Shown here one piece after another: positions 29,497 to 38,590 of a stretch of 64,000 nt of DNA (the stretch's first letter is position 1; the number at the start of each line of letters is the position of its first letter). Made by a program: the position numbers and the translations under genes. Source of the DNA: a virus. The stretch spans positions 108,316 through 172,315 of the IMG/VR virus record IMGVR_UViG_3300047462_000154; one strand, written 5' to 3'. The notes under the pieces were generated by a model. The model searched no databases. It saw only the letters and a list, made by a program, of their open reading frames with translations, and had not been told where the DNA came from.

Positions 29497-32400
29497 TTAA
29501 ATCAAAACTTGTACTAACATAAAACTCGATACTGCTGCATTAACAGCAGTAGAATTTACACCATACAAAGTAAATGTGTTAGGCACATCATTACTTGAAG
29601 TAATTCCAACAGAAAATTGACCAGTTGGGTTTCCATTTGGAGTTTTCATTGTAAATACACCATTATTATTTCCAAAACATACAATCGATTGAGGGAATAA
29701 ACCTAAATTATGAGTGATGGTTATTTGATTTGAATTTACAATAGATGCCGTCCATCCTGTTGGTAATGACGCAACCGATGAAACATTTCCATTACTATCA
29801 AAATTTACTTGAAAACTAAAACTATTTTGTAAAGTCCCAGTTCCATTAGAAGATGCAGAACCAGAAATAACTCTACCTTTTGCATCAACAACAACAGAAG
29901 AATATGTTCCAGGAGTTACGCCAGTAGTTGCCAATGTTAATGGAATTGATGTAGTGCCTGTTCCAGAAGCATCACCAGACAACGTAATACTTTGATTATT
30001 TGTTAAATAATTTTGTTGTTTCACAAAATAAGTTGTAGCAACACTTGTTGAACTATCAGATAATAAAGGCGTTGGAGCAGTTGGTGTTCCAGTAAATGCA
30101 GGAGATGCTAACGGAGCAGCACCAGAAACATCAGAAATTGTTAAAATAACCGCACCAGTTCTGCCAGCAACAGAAACTACTTCAGAAGCTAATCCATCAA
30201 CTTTATCCCAAACTGCACCATCAAATATTGCAGTATCACCAACATTCCATTGAAATAACCCATCCAAGTTTGTTGAACCAGCAACAGATACTTTATAATA
30301 ATATCCTTTAATACCCGTTGAACTTGTCAATGTTGGTGTATTTGTCGCCGCATTCCATGTTCCTTGATAAACCAATGCACCAAGCAATGAAGATGGCACT
30401 TGTGAATTCGTTAATCTACCATTTGAATCTAATGTTGCTAAACCATTTGCTACACCTTCATTTGCAGCAGATAATGGTGTATATCCAAGTGCAGAAATAA
30501 TTGATGCAGAATTTATTTGACTTGCTGATACAACTAAACCTTTTGTATTAACAGTAACGGATGTATATGTGCCAGCAGAAACACCAGTAGCAGCCAAGGT
30601 GGTCGCTACACTGCCTACGCCTGTCCCTGTCACGTCTCCAGTTAAAGTAACGTCAGTAGTGCTCGTAACATTAGATGCGCTCTGTATGCGCCCCTTAGCG
30701 TCTACAACAACCGCATTATACGTTCCTGGGGTAACACCAGTCGAAGTCAAAGTTAAATTAATTGTTCCATTACCAGAACCAGTCACATCACCCGTAATTG
30801 TTGTTATTTGTTGTTTAACAAAAGAAGTAGTGGCAATTAAAGAAGACGAATCAGTTAAAGTCGGGGTAGGTGCAGTAGGTGAACCAGTAAACGCTGGTGA
30901 TGCTAATGGAGCACCGCCAGATATATCATTTACTGATAAAGTTATCACACCAGTTCTACCAGCAACAGAAATTACTTCTAATGACAATCCGTCAATTTTG
31001 TCCCATGTTGTTCCATCAAATATTGCAGTATCACCAACATTCCATTGCGAAATAGTATCCAATGTCGTTGAACCAGCAACAGATACTTTATAATAATATC
31101 CTTTTGTTCCTGTGCTACTTGTTAATATTGGTGTATTTGTGGATGCATTCCAAGTGCCTTGATAAACAACAGCACCAACAATAGATGCTGGTAGTTGAGT
31201 TAATGTCAATTTCCCAGTAACATCTAAAGTAGCAATTCCGTTTGTTGCACCTAGCAAAGAATTCGATACTGGCGTAAACCCAAGAGCATTTGTAATGCTA
31301 GAACTTGATAATGAACCACCAGATGTAACTAATCCTTTTGTGTTAACAACAACTGATTGATATGTGCCAGGAGTAACCCCAGAAGCAGCCAATGTTGTTG
31401 TAATTGTTCCTGTTCCAGAACCATTTACATCGCCTGTTAAAGTTGCGGCATTTTGAGTTGAATTTGTTCCACCAGTTACACGTCCAGTTGCATCAACAAC
31501 CACATTATTATATGTGCCTGAACTAACTCCATTTGCAGAAAGAAACGTAGTAATCGTAATACTTGACGCACCATTAAAAGATGTTGCCCCAACAATATCA
31601 CCTGTTAAATTAATGTTTACTGAATTTTGTAAAGAAGACGCAGTTGATGCATTTCCAATTAAATTTCCAATAAATGAAGCTGCTGTAGCATTACCATTTG
31701 TATCTCTTAAAATTAAAGTATTTGGTGTTGATGAAATTGCAGCCGTTGCATTTAATGGACTATATCCCAAAGCATTTATAATATCAGATGATGAAATTGT
31801 TCTTGCTGAAGTTATTAATCCATTATTATTAATTACAATATTTGTGTATGTGCCAGCAGTAACACCAGAAGCATTTAATGAAAATAAAATTGTGCTATTA
31901 TCTGATGATAATATGGTTGATATTGGAGATAAACCAGCAACAGAAACAAAACTTGCAATTTGAGTGGCAATGCCTGCAAAAACTGGTATAGATGAATAAG
32001 TGCTTGTTAAAGTATGAATGCCATTTAAAGGTGCTTCTAATTCCGATTGAATATTTGTTATTCTACCATATTGGTCAATAGTGACAGTTGGTGCAAAATA
32101 TGTTCCAGGCATTGCACCAGACAAATTTAAACCAATTGTTACAACACCTGTTGTTGTAACTGGCGAACCAAAAACAGTAACACCATTTTGACCAACGATT
32201 GTTATTTCTTGAACTGTTCCAGAACCAGATAATGCCCAAACAATATTTGTGCCATTCCATTGCAATGAAGTATTTGCTGTTGTTGGTGCAGAAATAAATT
32301 CTAAATTTCCAGAATTACCATAAAGCAAACCATCTTGAATAATTGTATTTGGAACATCAGTTAAATTAGTAAATGATGGATAAGGAGAAGAAACAGTTAT

Positions 32401-32664
32401 CGTATCATTATCAGAAGAAAGTAAAATATTATTGCCTTCAACCAATGATTTAAAAAATAAAGTAATATTTTGATTGCCCGCATAAGATGAATAAACACCC
32501 GTACCAACACCAGCATTGGCACCAATAACACCAAGCAAATAATTTGGGGTTAATGTTGAAGAACTTTGTGATGCAGGAACATTAGAAGAAGTAGGCACAT
32601 TTGTAGCACCATAGGTGATTTGACCAGTTCCAGGAGTGATTATTCCAGAATCAACAGTGGGCAT
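29497..32664 (-). CDS. Long tail/head fibre protein with internal repeats
   Basis: Multiple GVT.GTY..V.VD..GR repeats, LASPAFTG.PTAPT, duplicated VYQGTWNA.TNTP module. Confidence 0.8.
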   Translation of the reverse strand: MPTVDSGIITPGTGQITYGATNVPTSSNVPASQSSSTLTPNYLLGVIGANAGVGTGVYSSYAGNQNITLFFKSLVEGNNILLSSDNDTITVSSPYPSFTNLTDVPNTIIQDGLLYGNSGNLEFISAPTTANTSLQWNGTNIVWALSGSGTVQEITIVGQNGVTVFGSPVTTTGVVTIGLNLSGAMPGTYFAPTVTIDQYGRITNIQSELEAPLNGIHTLTSTYSSIPVFAGIATQIASFVSVAGLSPISTILSSDNSTILFSLNASGVTAGTYTNIVINNNGLITSARTISSSDIINALGYSPLNATAAISSTPNTLILRDTNGNATAASFIGNLIGNASTASSLQNSVNINLTGDIVGATSFNGASSITITTFLSANGVSSGTYNNVVVDATGRVTGGTNSTQNAATLTGDVNGSGTGTITTTLAASGVTPGTYQSVVVNTKGLVTSGGSLSSSSITNALGFTPVSNSLLGATNGIATLDVTGKLTLTQLPASIVGAVVYQGTWNASTNTPILTSSTGTKGYYYKVSVAGSTTLDTISQWNVGDTAIFDGTTWDKIDGLSLEVISVAGRTGVITLSVNDISGGAPLASPAFTGSPTAPTPTLTDSSSLIATTSFVKQQITTITGDVTGSGNGTINLTLTSTGVTPGTYNAVVVDAKGRIQSASNVTSTTDVTLTGDVTGTGVGSVATTLAATGVSAGTYTSVTVNTKGLVVSASQINSASIISALGYTPLSAANEGVANGLATLDSNGRLTNSQVPSSLLGALVYQGTWNAATNTPTLTSSTGIKGYYYKVSVAGSTNLDGLFQWNVGDTAIFDGAVWDKVDGLASEVVSVAGRTGAVILTISDVSGAAPLASPAFTGTPTAPTPLLSDSSTSVATTYFVKQQNYLTNNQSITLSGDASGTGTTSIPLTLATTGVTPGTYSSVVVDAKGRVISGSASSNGTGTLQNSFSFQVNFDSNGNVSSVASLPTGWTASIVNSNQITITHNLGLFPQSIVCFGNNNGVFTMKTPNGNPTGQFSVGITSSNDVPNTFTLYGVNSTAVNAAVSSFMLVQVLI
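30061..31290 (-). repeat. Internal ~265-codon duplication in the fibre gene
   Basis: GTTGAACCAGCAACAGATACTTTATAATAATATCCTTT at 30272 and 31067 (offset 795 nt). Confidence 0.85.
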
Positions 32665-32807
32665 ATTAAATGTAATCCTTGCTTTATTAGTTATTTATTC
32701 TGGATTGCATCTCTGAAACAATTATGTTATTTATTGCGCTGCACCTAATACAAAGGAGTTTCCATGGGTATTTATAAACACCATAAATGGTGGAGCAAAA
32801 AAGACAG

Positions 32808-33056
32808 ATGACCGAAGAAGAAATGTTTGAAAAAAGTTTTGAAAGACCAAAAAATTATTTTCATCTGACTTCACAACATCAATGGGAAATAGATTCACGC
32901 CTTGGTATTCTTGATTGGGAAGGTAAAAATCTCACAGAAGAACAAAAGAAACGTTTTAAAAAGGAAAGTGCCTGGGTTGGCTACCTAATAGCATTGCTAA
33001 TGCTTGGTGACGTGAAAACGTTAATGGTTCGATGCCCCGATTTAAAAACTCAATAA
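32808..33056 (+). CDS. Hypothetical protein whose 3' end runs into a tRNA remnant
   Basis: MTEEEMFEKSFERPKNYF...LGILDWEG; composition changes after KKRFKK. Confidence 0.5.
   Translation: MTEEEMFEKSFERPKNYFHLTSQHQWEIDSRLGILDWEGKNLTEEQKKRFKKESAWVGYLIALLMLGDVKTLMVRCPDLKTQ
32963..33043 (+). pseudogene. Truncated/degenerate tRNA-Ser(GCU)
   Basis: GGAAAG 5' end, anticodon arm AGCA-TTGCTAA-TGCT, long variable arm TGACGT-GAAA-ACGTTA, T-loop GGTTCGATGCC; no 3' acceptor strand or CCA. Confidence 0.7.
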
Positions 33057-33503
33057 AATAGAATCAATAATACCAAATGGTTCTATTTGAACGGGAGTTA
33101 AATATGCTGGTAAAAAATTAGACCTTTGAATTCTTGCGCGCATCCACAAACAATTCAAATAAAAATTAAATCCAAGTGTAGATGATTCACCATTTACACC
33201 AACTTTTGAATACCAATCAGTAGATAATCCATAAGTTTGAGATTGTTGTCCAGGTAATATATTTCTCGGATATTGAATACAATCTTTTCCTTCAATTAAT
33301 TGAATCGGAAACCAATCAGTTGATTGTGGAACAGCAACATTTGAACCTTCAATATATAAACTGCCTTGAAAATTAAGTGTCTGAATTTGAATGGTATTAA
33401 AGCCAATCGTAGGACCATAATAACCAGCAGCCTTAACTATAGGTGCAATATAATCGATTTCTGGAGGCATGAAAGTAAGGAGTTGTATGGGTTTTCTGGA
33501 CAT
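33042..33503 (-). CDS. Conserved late structural/hypothetical protein
   Basis: KAAGYYG...F.G.LYIEGS...P..TDWF...WMRARI; TATAAATA just upstream of ATG 33503. Confidence 0.6.
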   Translation of the reverse strand: MSRKPIQLLTFMPPEIDYIAPIVKAAGYYGPTIGFNTIQIQTLNFQGSLYIEGSNVAVPQSTDWFPIQLIEGKDCIQYPRNILPGQQSQTYGLSTDWYSKVGVNGESSTLGFNFYLNCLWMRARIQRSNFLPAYLTPVQIEPFGIIDSILLSF

Positions 33504-33523
33504 ACATCTATTTATAATCAGGA

Positions 33524-33552
33524 TTGACAAATATTTTTTTATGAGATAGCGT
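33524..33552 (+). promoter_or_regulatory. Early-type promoter TTGACAAAT (example of a family)
   Basis: TTGACAA(A/T) -35 boxes also at 34778, 43184, 46599 (+) and 27514, 53518, 57981, 59282 (-), each before accessory genes. Confidence 0.7.
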
Positions 33553-33583
33553 ATCTATCTATCAATCAGAGGATTTATGACCA

Positions 33584-34375
33584 ATGGGCACCAAAGTTGT
33601 TAAACAAACTGTTTTTGATAAGCCATTTTTGGCTTGGCATTTTACATCAAGCGAAAGCCCATTGCTTTTAAAACCAAATAAAAAATTGGTTCATACTGAT
33701 GAATTGGAAGTATGTAAATCTGGTTTACACGCTTCTTATTCTCTTAAAGATGCTGCTGAAAACAATGGTTATGTTTATAAAAACATTGATTTATTGTGCA
33801 GAGTTAAATGTGAAGGCGAATATCAATTAAAAGATAAATCTTGTTCAATAGAAAAAAACACAAAATTTGTATGTCGTGAAAGAACAATTTTATGGCAAAT
33901 TACTAAAAAAGATTTAGAAAAAATAATTGATGATATTCGAATTGATTTGCAAAAATATCTTCGTTGGACTGATTGTTCAGAAATCGTAAAAGATTACATA
34001 AAAAACGGCGATGATGTTATTTTAAAATACGCATACAATGCAAATGAAGAAAATACAAAATCTAATCGACATAATCATCGATTTAGTGGTTTTCATGAAT
34101 TTGCTTTTGGTTTTCATCAACAAAAAACCAATAAGTATATTGAAAAATTGGTCAATAAATCAAACGATTTAATTGATTCGTTTTTTGGATTTTATGGAAC
34201 ACATAGTGGTTTTACTAAAGAAGTATCCATAAATTCGATTATATGTAATATAATGGATATTTGGGCAAAAATTATGGAATTTGAAAATTTATTAAACGAT
34301 GAAGAATATCAAAAAGAAGATTTCAAAACAGCAAAAAAATTAGAAGATTTGCTTATCAAACAATTTTCTGTTTAA
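33584..34375 (+). CDS. Hypothetical early protein (C.SGLHAS family)
   Basis: AWHFT...LEVCKSGLHAS...KFVCRERTILW; TTGACA promoter and GAGG RBS. Confidence 0.65.
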   Translation: MGTKVVKQTVFDKPFLAWHFTSSESPLLLKPNKKLVHTDELEVCKSGLHASYSLKDAAENNGYVYKNIDLLCRVKCEGEYQLKDKSCSIEKNTKFVCRERTILWQITKKDLEKIIDDIRIDLQKYLRWTDCSEIVKDYIKNGDDVILKYAYNANEENTKSNRHNHRFSGFHEFAFGFHQQKTNKYIEKLVNKSNDLIDSFFGFYGTHSGFTKEVSINSIICNIMDIWAKIMEFENLLNDEEYQKEDFKTAKKLEDLLIKQFSV

Positions 34376-34401
34376 TAAATCAAATTCTGAAATGCAAAAA
34401 A

Positions 34402-34773
34402 ATGTCACGTTTAATTTGGAATGAAACGACTACGCCTCCACAAAGTTTTGAATCTAATATGTTCATGCTCAATCTTGGGCGCGGACCAAATAAAACAGTT
34501 CCTCTACGGATAGAAACAGGAGGAACAAAAACGCTAATTGGTAAAAGTGGCGATTTTTTAGTTTGTAAAATTTTTATAGAATATACAAAAGACGGAAAAG
34601 TTAATTGGATGGAATTAAGTATTAGTAACAAATTATTCAGAGGCAAAAAAACACAAATCCGAGATTTAAAGGATGAAAACGTAGAGATTTCAAAGCTTAA
34701 AAAAGACGCACAGAAAAAATGGGATAAATGGTTGATAACTGCACAATTAAAAAATAAAAATTCTTTGCTCTGA
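34402..34773 (+). CDS. Hypothetical protein
   Basis: 123-aa ORF in operon orientation. Confidence 0.55.
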   Translation: MSRLIWNETTTPPQSFESNMFMLNLGRGPNKTVPLRIETGGTKTLIGKSGDFLVCKIFIEYTKDGKVNWMELSISNKLFRGKKTQIRDLKDENVEISKLKKDAQKKWDKWLITAQLKNKNSLL

Positions 34774-34810
34774 TATCTTGACAAATAATTTTTATATGAT
34801 ATAAGTATAT

Positions 34811-34961
34811 TATTAAGAATTCTATATAACACTGGTTATAATAGAAACTTATAAGACTATAAAAGAGCCGCCTATAAATTATACAATTATAGGGATTATC
34901 GAGGTTTTTATAGCAACATCTTCTAACTTTTGTTGCCGTAAACCCGAAAGGAATCCCTATG
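34811..34961 (+). promoter_or_regulatory. Structured 5' leader with mutually exclusive pairings over RBS/start (putative translational switch)
   Basis: ATAGGGATT (34889-97) is the exact complement of AATCCCTAT (34952-60, includes AT of ATG) but overlaps the CCTATAA/TTATAGG and CTATAAAA/TTTTATAG stems. Confidence 0.65.
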
Positions 34962-35579
34962 TCCAGAACGATTCGAAAACTTCCTATCACTCGTTGGAAA
35001 AACTATGGCAAATGGTATGCATCTTGTTTGCCTTATACAAAACCAGATTATTCAAATATTAGAATTTTTCATTATCATCCTAACCAGCGTTGGGAGGGAG
35101 ACAGTATTCTTCAAATTATTTTCAAAAACAATATTGATGAAACTTTTTATGAAATTATTGAACATGAAAATGGCTATCGTCAAGTTATTATTAAAAAACA
35201 TTTTTCAATAAAAGATACTTATGAAGATGAAGATAAAATTTTTGAAGAAAGAATTATGGATTATGCACGTAAAAACGGCACTTGTAAAAGACAGCGCAAA
35301 AATGGAGTGCGTCTAACGAAAAAACTTGACCGCCGCCAGCGTAGAGCACAAGCGAAAATGGATTTGATAAAAGAATTTAATACTATTGAACAAGATGAAC
35401 CAGATGAGGCTCAAAGACTATTATTGTCAGAAAAACGCGAAAGAAAATCTCTTTTGCGTTCAAGACGATATAATGCAAGAAAAAATTATGAAAAATCGCT
35501 TAAAGAAAGCACTGCACTTGGATTTGATGAATTATATGGTGAAAAATATTATGAAAATCATCCTTGGTATTTTTATTGA
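34959..35579 (+). CDS. Basic hypothetical protein (MSRTIRK...DRRQRRAQAK)
   Basis: AAAGGA RBS, 206 aa, Arg/Lys-rich helices. Confidence 0.7.
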   Translation: MSRTIRKLPITRWKNYGKWYASCLPYTKPDYSNIRIFHYHPNQRWEGDSILQIIFKNNIDETFYEIIEHENGYRQVIIKKHFSIKDTYEDEDKIFEERIMDYARKNGTCKRQRKNGVRLTKKLDRRQRRAQAKMDLIKEFNTIEQDEPDEAQRLLLSEKRERKSLLRSRRYNARKNYEKSLKESTALGFDELYGEKYYENHPWYFY

Positions 35580-35594
35580 ATCTAATTCAATAAT

Positions 35595-35903
35595 TTATAC
35601 AAAGAAAAATTTCCCATATCTTTTTCTTGGATTTTTATCACTAGAAAGAAATACATATTGATTCCATATATTTTCATATTGCAATTCTAAATCCATAACA
35701 TAAAAGAAACCAACGTTTTTCCAAAGATATTCTATTTCTTTTACTATCTCCGAAATATCTTCTTTAATCGAAATATTCATATCAGATTCATATTTCAAAC
35801 GTATTGTCAAAATTTTATTGAAACTGTCATCCAATACAAGTTCAACATTTTTATACAATGTATAAAGTAAAAGATGGTTCAATTTATACTTCCAAGTGTT
35901 CAC
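35595..35903 (-). CDS. Hypothetical protein
   Basis: 102-aa ORF filling the gap. Confidence 0.45.
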   Translation of the reverse strand: MNTWKYKLNHLLLYTLYKNVELVLDDSFNKILTIRLKYESDMNISIKEDISEIVKEIEYLWKNVGFFYVMDLELQYENIWNQYVFLSSDKNPRKRYGKFFFV

Positions 35904-36014
35904 TATAATATTTAGTTCTAATTTTTAAGTATTCGCAAATAAAAAACATGTTTACAACCAAATTGATTTCTGTTTATGTTTTGCCAACATCAATATGAAT
36001 TGGACAAATCAAAC

Positions 36015-37226
36015 ATGCGTTTTCTTGTAAGCGAAACATCCTATTTCCCAACAAGCGATTTTTCTCATAAAATTTCAGAAATTTTACCTCCAAACAATTT
36101 TGTAATCAAAGTTGATAGAGAAAGAGGCATGTTTTTTGAAATGATTGATTCATTTAAATTTGATGGAAAAATCTACGGCAATCCAATAAATCGTGCCAAA
36201 AAGATTTTAAACACATATGAAAAACGCAGTAATAGCACAGGCGTTTTATTGTCTGGTAGAAAAGGTAGTGGTAAAACACTTCTTGCCAAAATGCTTTCTA
36301 CTCTTGGTGCAGAAATCGGATATCCAACTATTGTGATAAATGCTGCATATTATGGCGATGCATTTAATATGCTAATTCAATCAATCACACAACCATGTAT
36401 AATTCTATTTGATGAATTTGAAAAAGTTTATAATTCAGATGTACAACAAGCTATTCTTACATTGCTCGATGGCGTGTTCCCAACCAAAAAACTTTTCATT
36501 TTTACGTGTAATGATTACACCAGAATTGACCAACATCTTCAAAATCGTCCTGGTAGGATTTTCTACACAATTCAATATAAAGGATTAGAAGCCGCATTTG
36601 TTAAAGAATATTGCGAAGATAATCTAAAAAACAAAAAACATATAAAAGAAGTTATCAAATTATTTCACCTTTTTGATGATTTTAATTTCGATATCCTTAA
36701 AGCACTTGTAGAAGAAATGAACCGTTATGACGAAACAGTTCAAGAAGCAATGATTATGCTTAATGCAAAAACATATTCTTTAGATTATTCACAGTATACT
36801 ATCGAAGTATATGATGGGGAAACAAAACTCCATGCAAATTCTTATTCTCCAAATAGAACCGATAAAAATCCAACAATGTATGAAAATCTTTCTATTGTGA
36901 TAAACAATCCAAAATCTACAAATCCAAATACAAATCCAAAATCGACTCATGTGCAAAATCTGCCAATATCACATGATATTAATGATAGTGTTAGTGCTAC
37001 AGCAACAGATATGGTGAATACTCTGAGAGAAATGCTTGCTGGCGATTCAGATGAATCTGAATCAAAATCCAAGAAAAAAATCAGACCAATTACTTTGAGT
37101 ATTTCTCAAACAACTAAACGGTCTATCGAAGTAGATGGAACAATTGTTTACAAAATAAACAGATATATTATCAAATGTGTAAAAGTGCAATACCAAAGAG
37201 ACTATACCGCTTATATGGATGATTAA
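36015..37226 (+). CDS. AAA+ ATPase
   Basis: Walker A GRKGSGKT, Walker B ILFDEFEK, NRPGR arginine finger; probable start 36015. Confidence 0.9.
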   Translation: MRFLVSETSYFPTSDFSHKISEILPPNNFVIKVDRERGMFFEMIDSFKFDGKIYGNPINRAKKILNTYEKRSNSTGVLLSGRKGSGKTLLAKMLSTLGAEIGYPTIVINAAYYGDAFNMLIQSITQPCIILFDEFEKVYNSDVQQAILTLLDGVFPTKKLFIFTCNDYTRIDQHLQNRPGRIFYTIQYKGLEAAFVKEYCEDNLKNKKHIKEVIKLFHLFDDFNFDILKALVEEMNRYDETVQEAMIMLNAKTYSLDYSQYTIEVYDGETKLHANSYSPNRTDKNPTMYENLSIVINNPKSTNPNTNPKSTHVQNLPISHDINDSVSATATDMVNTLREMLAGDSDESESKSKKKIRPITLSISQTTKRSIEVDGTIVYKINRYIIKCVKVQYQRDYTAYMDD

Positions 37227-37555
37227 TGCCCTGGATATTGTTTCTTGATGATGTAAGAATGCCAAATCTAACGTATCCTAATCAAGATACGTTAGATTGG
37301 ATTATCTGTAGAAGTTTTGCAGATGCAGTATCAAAAACAAAATCTCTCGGTTGTCCAAACAAAATTCTTTTTGACCATGATTTAGGTGAAAATGAAACAG
37401 GGTTCGATTTTGCCAAATGGTTGATAAATGAAATTTTAAATGGTATGCAAATACCAAATGATTTTTCATTCGAAATCCATTCAATGAACCCAATAGGTTC
37501 TGAAAATATTAAACAATTAATGAATGGTTTTCTTCAACATATCAAGGAAATGTAA
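37226..37555 (+). CDS. Cyclic-phosphate-processing receiver-like domain protein
   Basis: LFLDDVRMP, FDHDLG, TGFDFAKWL, HSMNPIG motifs. Confidence 0.8.
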   Translation: MPWILFLDDVRMPNLTYPNQDTLDWIICRSFADAVSKTKSLGCPNKILFDHDLGENETGFDFAKWLINEILNGMQIPNDFSFEIHSMNPIGSENIKQLMNGFLQHIKEM

Positions 37556-37854
37556 TGTCTTCTATTACACCGTCAATAAATGATAAATTTTGCTCAGATT
37601 GTTTATTTTATTTTGAAAATCCAAAAAATTCAGAATTTTCAAAATGTAAACATTCAGCAAAAATAGAATATCTTATAGATAAAAAAACTTCACAAACTAA
37701 CGAAAATAATTTTTATTATTGTACAACAGAAAGAAATTATGGAAATTGTGGTCCATTGGGGAAAAATTTCCAATGGAAAACATTAACAATAGAACATGAT
37801 GATAATAAACCAAATATATTCTTTAAATTGAAAACACTTTTATTAAAAGGGTGA
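37555..37854 (+). CDS. Cys-rich hypothetical protein
   Basis: FCSDCLFY...KC...YCTTER...CGPLGK. Confidence 0.6.
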   Translation: MSSITPSINDKFCSDCLFYFENPKNSEFSKCKHSAKIEYLIDKKTSQTNENNFYYCTTERNYGNCGPLGKNFQWKTLTIEHDDNKPNIFFKLKTLLLKG

Positions 37855-38085
37855 ACCACCACCGCCAGATTCTTCTTTAGGTAAGCCATACATTATTTTC
37901 AATAAATCTTGTCTTTTTAAATTTTCAAGTTTTTGCACAGCACGCATTTTTTTCAAGCGATTTAAGTGTTTGAGAGTAAGTAAAGGTTTTCTCGTATCCG
38001 TAGGTAAACGAATATTAACCTTATCTTCAGTAGGGTCATAATATCCAGTCTCAAAATCTTGTTGGTCTAATTCAAATAATTTCAT
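37843..38085 (-). CDS. Conserved small late protein downstream of portal
   Basis: DTRKPLLTLKHLNRLKKMR...IMYG motif; start MKLFEL at 38085. Confidence 0.7.
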   Translation of the reverse strand: MKLFELDQQDFETGYYDPTEDKVNIRLPTDTRKPLLTLKHLNRLKKMRAVQKLENLKRQDLLKIMYGLPKEESGGGGSPF

Positions 38086-38096
38086 ATTTTTATTTA

Positions 38097-38570
38097 TCAA
38101 TTCTTAGTCAACAAATATAATGCTCTATCAACATCATTAGAAAAATAAATCCATCCTGGCTTTATATACCAACAGCCTTTGCAATTTTTCTTACACCATT
38201 TATTCAAATCATAAATGTAATCAAAATTAATCCGTAAACCAGTAATTTCACCCTTCTTATGCTTAACACTAAAACTCCATAAAGTTTCTTCATTCACATA
38301 AGGAATATGCCCTACAAATATACCTTCTCTTGGTATAGCAACCCGCAATATCTTATGACGCATACTGGAATGTGAATTAAACGCTTGTAGAAAATCCTTA
38401 ACACATCTATCTGCACAAAATGATATATCCTCTGGAAATAATTTTGTTTCATTAGTATCATTAAATTCATATTCATAACTATAACGCATAGCAATGGATT
38501 TAAAAATCGTTCTATTCTTCACCATAAATGATACATCAATAACAGCAGTATTGGGCGGTATTAAACTCAT
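38097..38570 (-). CDS. Hypothetical protein
   Basis: 157 aa; C-terminal WC...C.G.W...IYF...D..LYLL. Confidence 0.6.
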   Translation of the reverse strand: MSLIPPNTAVIDVSFMVKNRTIFKSIAMRYSYEYEFNDTNETKLFPEDISFCADRCVKDFLQAFNSHSSMRHKILRVAIPREGIFVGHIPYVNEETLWSFSVKHKKGEITGLRINFDYIYDLNKWCKKNCKGCWYIKPGWIYFSNDVDRALYLLTKN

Positions 38571-38590
38571 TCTTCAAATATACCCTGGAA

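Noticed and set aside
29497-32664. Fibre-gene duplication as a diversity-generating retroelement TR/VR pair
   Set aside because: Both copies are in-frame coding, differences are not confined to adenines, and no reverse transcriptase is present in the window
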